From positions 8,904 to 72,903 of the forward strand of contig JAEZCY010000374.1 in NCBI GenBank assembly GCA_023429845.1: a stretch of DNA of 64,000 nucleotides. The letters are read 5' to 3'. Of this stretch, positions 60,384 to 64,000 are shown one piece after another. How positions within the stretch are numbered: position 1 is the first letter of the stretch; every line of letters starts with the position of its first letter. A program made the position numbers and the translations under genes. The notes under the pieces are model-generated. The model was not told the origin of the DNA. It ran no database searches and worked only from the letters and a program-made list of their open reading frames with translations. Origin of the DNA: Acidobacteriota bacterium. GTDB lineage: Bacteria; Acidobacteriota; Vicinamibacteria; Vicinamibacterales; Vicinamibacteraceae.

Positions 60384-62087
60384 ATGCATCCACTCGACTG
60401 GTTCATCATCGGCCTGTATCTCACGTGGATCATCTGGACCGGCGTGCAGCACACGCGGGGCAGCACGGAGATCGAGGGCTACTTCCTCGGCAACCGCAGC
60501 AACCCGTGGTGGGCCGTAGGGCTCTCGGTGATGGCGACGCAGCTCAGTGCGATCACCATGGTCGGCACGACCGGCCAGGGCTACATGGACGGGCTGCGTT
60601 TCATCCAGTTCTACTTCGGGCTGCCGCTCGCGATGGTCATCCTGTCGGTGACCGCCGTGCCGTTCTTCCATCGGGCCAGGGTCTATACCGCGTACGAGTA
60701 CCTCGAGCGTCGCTTCGACCTGAAGACGCGCACGCTGACGAGCGCGCTGTTCCTCCTGTCGCGCGGTCTGTCTTGCGGCACGATCATCTCGGCTCCCGCG
60801 GTGATCCTCTCGGTCATCATGGGCTGGAACCTCACGTTCACGGTGCTGCTGATCGGCATCCCCACGGCCATCTACACGATGCTCGGCGGCGTGCAGGCGG
60901 TGACGTGGACCGACGTGAAGCAGATGTACATCATCGTGTTCGGGCTGGTTGCGGTGGCCATCGCCCTGGTGCTTGGCCTGCCAGACGACGTGGGCATCGG
61001 CGACGCCCTCCACGTGGCCGGCGTCACCGGGCGGATGCAGGCCTTCGACTTCCGCTTCTCGTTGAACGAGACGTACACGTTCTGGTCGGGCCTGATCGGC
61101 GGCCTGTTCCTGATGTTGTCGTACTTCGGCTGCGACCAGAGCCAGGTGCAGCGCTATCTGACCGCGAAGTCCGAGAGCGAAGCGACTTCGTCGCTCTACA
61201 TGAGCGCGTACTGGAAGATTCCCCTGCAGGTGCTGGTGCTGATGATCGGCGTGCTGGTCTTCGTGTTCTACCTGTTCCACCAGCCGCCGATGCTGTTCAA
61301 CCCGGTGCACGAAGCCCGGGTGAAGTCGGGCGCGCTTGCCGGCGCGTACGCTGATACTGAGCGCCGCTTCGACGCCGCGTTCATGGCGCGGCGCAATGCG
61401 GCTCGCGCGCTCGCGGCAACAGAGCAGCCCGACGCCATTGTCGCGGCCGAGCAGCGCTTCCTCGAGTCGGACGAGGCGCTGCGCGCGGTGCGGCGCGACG
61501 CCACGGCTCTCGTGCAGGAGGCGACCGGCGACCGGACGTACCGCGACGTCAACTACGTCTTCCCGACGTTCGTCACGACGCACCTGCCGATCGGGCTCAT
61601 CGGCATCGTGCTGGCAGCGATCATGGCCGCGGCCATGTCGAGCATCGCCGCCGAACTCAACTCACTGGCGACAACCACCGTGATCGACTTCTACAGGCGG
61701 CTCGTCCGACCGGAAGCCCCCGACATGCACTATCTCCGCGTCTCGCGCATCGCCACGGCCGGCTGGGGGGTGTTCACCTGCATCGTGGCGCTCTATGCCG
61801 CCGACCTCGGGTCGCTGATCGAGGTGGTCAACCGCTTCGGTTCCTTCTTCTACGGCTCGATCCTCGGTGTCTTCATGCTTGCGATGGTCACCCGCCGCGC
61901 CTCCGGCACCGGTGCGTTCGTCGGCCTCATCTCCGGCATGTCGCTCGTGGCGACCGTCGCGTTCGCCCGCCCCGACATCTCGTTCCTCTGGCACAACGTC
62001 ATCGGCGCGCTGGGGGTGGTCGTCGTGGGATTGCTCGTCAGCCTGATCGCCCCGACACCGCGTGCCGGAGCGGAGAGCGCCGCATGA
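60384..62087 (+). CDS. Sodium:solute symporter (SSS family)
   Basis: [50 protein letters not shown] and AAAMSS. Confidence 0.95.
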   Translation: MHPLDWFIIGLYLTWIIWTGVQHTRGSTEIEGYFLGNRSNPWWAVGLSVMATQLSAITMVGTTGQGYMDGLRFIQFYFGLPLAMVILSVTAVPFFHRARVYTAYEYLERRFDLKTRTLTSALFLLSRGLSCGTIISAPAVILSVIMGWNLTFTVLLIGIPTAIYTMLGGVQAVTWTDVKQMYIIVFGLVAVAIALVLGLPDDVGIGDALHVAGVTGRMQAFDFRFSLNETYTFWSGLIGGLFLMLSYFGCDQSQVQRYLTAKSESEATSSLYMSAYWKIPLQVLVLMIGVLVFVFYLFHQPPMLFNPVHEARVKSGALAGAYADTERRFDAAFMARRNAARALAATEQPDAIVAAEQRFLESDEALRAVRRDATALVQEATGDRTYRDVNYVFPTFVTTHLPIGLIGIVLAAIMAAAMSSIAAELNSLATTTVIDFYRRLVRPEAPDMHYLRVSRIATAGWGVFTCIVALYAADLGSLIEVVNRFGSFFYGSILGVFMLAMVTRRASGTGAFVGLISGMSLVATVAFARPDISFLWHNVIGALGVVVVGLLVSLIAPTPRAGAESAA

Positions 62088-62770
62088 GGGTGATCGCCAC
62101 GGCCCTGACCATGTGCTTGTTGGCCGCCGCGCATGCGGACGCGCAGCAGGCGCCCCTGGAGCCGCCGCCCACCGAGGCGCCGCGAATCGAGGCCCCGGCT
62201 TCGGAACCGGGCCGTGCCGTGCAGATAGGCGTGGCCGTCGGGCCAGGACTCGACCTGATCGTGCCGACCAGCGGCTCGGCGTCGGTCACCTGGGCGCCGC
62301 GGTTCTCCCTGCGGTTCGCAGCCGACGGCGGGTGGTCGCCGACCGTCGGCTTCGGCTGGTTCGATACAGGCATCGACGGCGTCGAGTTCGGCCGCGACGA
62401 GCGCATGGGCGACCTGCAGCTCCGTCCCATCATGCTTGGCGCGCGGTACACGTGGCTGCGCGGCGAGTACAGCGTTGACGTCGCCGCGACGGCCGGACCG
62501 TCCTTCTCCGATTTCGACATCAACGGCGACGTCGCGCGCCGGATCTTCGGTGCGGGCCAGGTGCGCGCCGAGGCGAGCACCTCGCTGGCCACCAAGGTGC
62601 AGGGCGGCATCTGGTACGACTACACCGACAAGGTCTCCTTCCGCGGCACCGTGGCGTACTTCCGGTGCGCACCCGAGATCACGGTGACATCGGGCGGTCA
62701 GGCACGCCGCTTCACGCAGCCGGCACACGCGCTGCAACTCGGCGCCAGCGTCGTCTACCGCATCTTCTGA
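62084..62770 (+). CDS. Outer-membrane beta-barrel protein (OmpW/OmpA-like)
   Basis: Signal peptide, alternating amphipathic strands and C-terminal [10 protein letters not shown] beta-signal. Confidence 0.7.
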   Translation: MRVIATALTMCLLAAAHADAQQAPLEPPPTEAPRIEAPASEPGRAVQIGVAVGPGLDLIVPTSGSASVTWAPRFSLRFAADGGWSPTVGFGWFDTGIDGVEFGRDERMGDLQLRPIMLGARYTWLRGEYSVDVAATAGPSFSDFDINGDVARRIFGAGQVRAEASTSLATKVQGGIWYDYTDKVSFRGTVAYFRCAPEITVTSGGQARRFTQPAHALQLGASVVYRIF

Positions 62771-63047
62771 ACACCTGACACGCCCCCCGTGCCCGGGGCG
62801 CCGGGCAGGGCGGGCGCGCGCGGTGCAACAGGTCGGATGGTGGCCCCCGCGGCACCGGGTCGGGCGGGCCGTCCTCGCCCGCCGCAATCCCGCAGGGCAC
62901 CACACCGTCCCGCCGGCTTGCCGCGGTGACGTGCTCGTCACGGCCCGCATGCCCGCCATCCCGCCAGCGGCCGCCGTCACGTCAAAGTCCAGAACGCGCG
63001 TCGCCCGCTCTCGTCTCCGCCACCAAAGCAGTACGGAGGAGGACGCG

Positions 63048-64000
63048 ATGCGACACGCTGGTCTGCTTCGAGTGGCTGGGCTCACCCTCTCATCAACGCT
63101 CGTCAGCGCCCTGCCGGCGTTGGCCGGGCCCGAACACTCGCTCGAGGGACGCTGGATCGGCGGCTTCGAGAACCGCGGCGCCATCGTCGCCGTGGACGCG
63201 ACCTTCAGTGGCAGCGACGACATCTCCGGCACCATCGATTTGCCGCAGCGCGCCGAGAGCGGCATCCCGCTGCACAACGTCGCCGAGCGCGGCCGGTCGA
63301 TGACGTTCGAGATTCCCGGGGCACAGGCCAACATGCTCTTCGACGGTCGCTTCGACACGCCCACTCGCGTCCGGGGCAACGTGCGACAGGGCTTCGGCAG
63401 CACCTGGTTCGAGCTCCTGAAGCTCGCGCCGCTCACGCCGGCCGACCTGAGGGGAATCTACGGGACGTACGAGTGGGCGCCCGGCAAGGTGCTGCTGGTG
63501 GCACCCGGGCAGGAGAACCCCATCTACGTGGACTACGAGTCGGGGCGTACGGGCGCGCTCTACGCGCTCGGGCGGGACGAGTACGTCGGGGGGCCGACGA
63601 TGGCCACGGGCTTTCCCGTGAGGCTGCGCCTGCGGATGACGCGGGACGCGTCCGACACGGTGACGCAGGTCGCAATCGAGAGACAGGGGAAGACGGCAAA
63701 GGCCGTACGCCGCCTGTTCTACACCGAGGTCCCGGTGCGCTACGCGAGTGGCGGTGTCAGCATTGCAGGGAGCCTGCTGCTGCCCGCCACAGCGGGACCG
63801 CATCCGGCCATCGTCATGATTCACGGATCGGGCCCGGTGACCCGCGACGGGCTGCGGCCCTTCGCGGATCACTTCGCCCGCAACGGCGTGGCGGTGCTCA
63901 TGACCGACAAGCGCGGCTCCGGGGTGTCCACCGGCCGCTGGTCGCGCGCGACGTTCGAGGACCTGGCCGGCGACGCGCTCGCCGGCGTCGCGTACCTGAA
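63048..64000 (+). CDS. Secreted alpha/beta hydrolase (S9/S33-like peptidase), 3' partial
   Basis: GGAGGAGG SD then ATG (MRHAGLLRVAG signal). The frame is open to the window end with PAIVMIHGSGP, TDKRGSG and TFEDLAGDALAGVAYL. Confidence 0.88.
   Translation, partial: MRHAGLLRVAGLTLSSTLVSALPALAGPEHSLEGRWIGGFENRGAIVAVDATFSGSDDISGTIDLPQRAESGIPLHNVAERGRSMTFEIPGAQANMLFDGRFDTPTRVRGNVRQGFGSTWFELLKLAPLTPADLRGIYGTYEWAPGKVLLVAPGQENPIYVDYESGRTGALYALGRDEYVGGPTMATGFPVRLRLRMTRDASDTVTQVAIERQGKTAKAVRRLFYTEVPVRYASGGVSIAGSLLLPATAGPHPAIVMIHGSGPVTRDGLRPFADHFARNGVAVLMTDKRGSGVSTGRWSRATFEDLAGDALAGVAYL

Noticed and set aside
62771..63047. Riboswitch or ncRNA in the GC-rich intergenic region
   Set aside because: Only short GC-rich inverted repeats expected by chance; no recognisable conserved motif.

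Overview
Very GC-rich bacterial chromosomal window with about 50 CDS. No rRNA, tRNA, CRISPR array, transposase or prophage genes were recognised. An Oar-type TonB-dependent receptor, a secreted protein with WYFAEG-type C-terminal repeats, and an ECF-linked Ser/Thr kinase suggest Acidobacteriota, probably Vicinamibacteria/Luteitalea-like (inference). Most content is transport, peptidase, redox and signalling genes. The most notable items are: (1) a dispersed amide-ligase locus at 40.2-53.0 kb (esterase, circularly permuted ATP-grasp, RimK-like ATP-grasp, and a PGM1/IQCH-type ATP-grasp translationally coupled to a class I glutamine amidotransferase-like protein); (2) a candidate ~150-nt structured ncRNA at 43552-43704 next to it; (3) three dispersed intergenic repeat families, one copy of which supplies the stop codon of a histidine kinase; (4) repeated -10 boxes 6-7 nt upstream of start codons, suggesting leaderless mRNAs; (5) an island with a decayed ECF sigma factor, an orphan secreted protein and a membrane Ser/Thr kinase; (6) two small proteins hidden inside longer ORF calls; and (7) a frameshifted ABC ATPase. 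All calls come from reading motifs by eye; no database searches were run.
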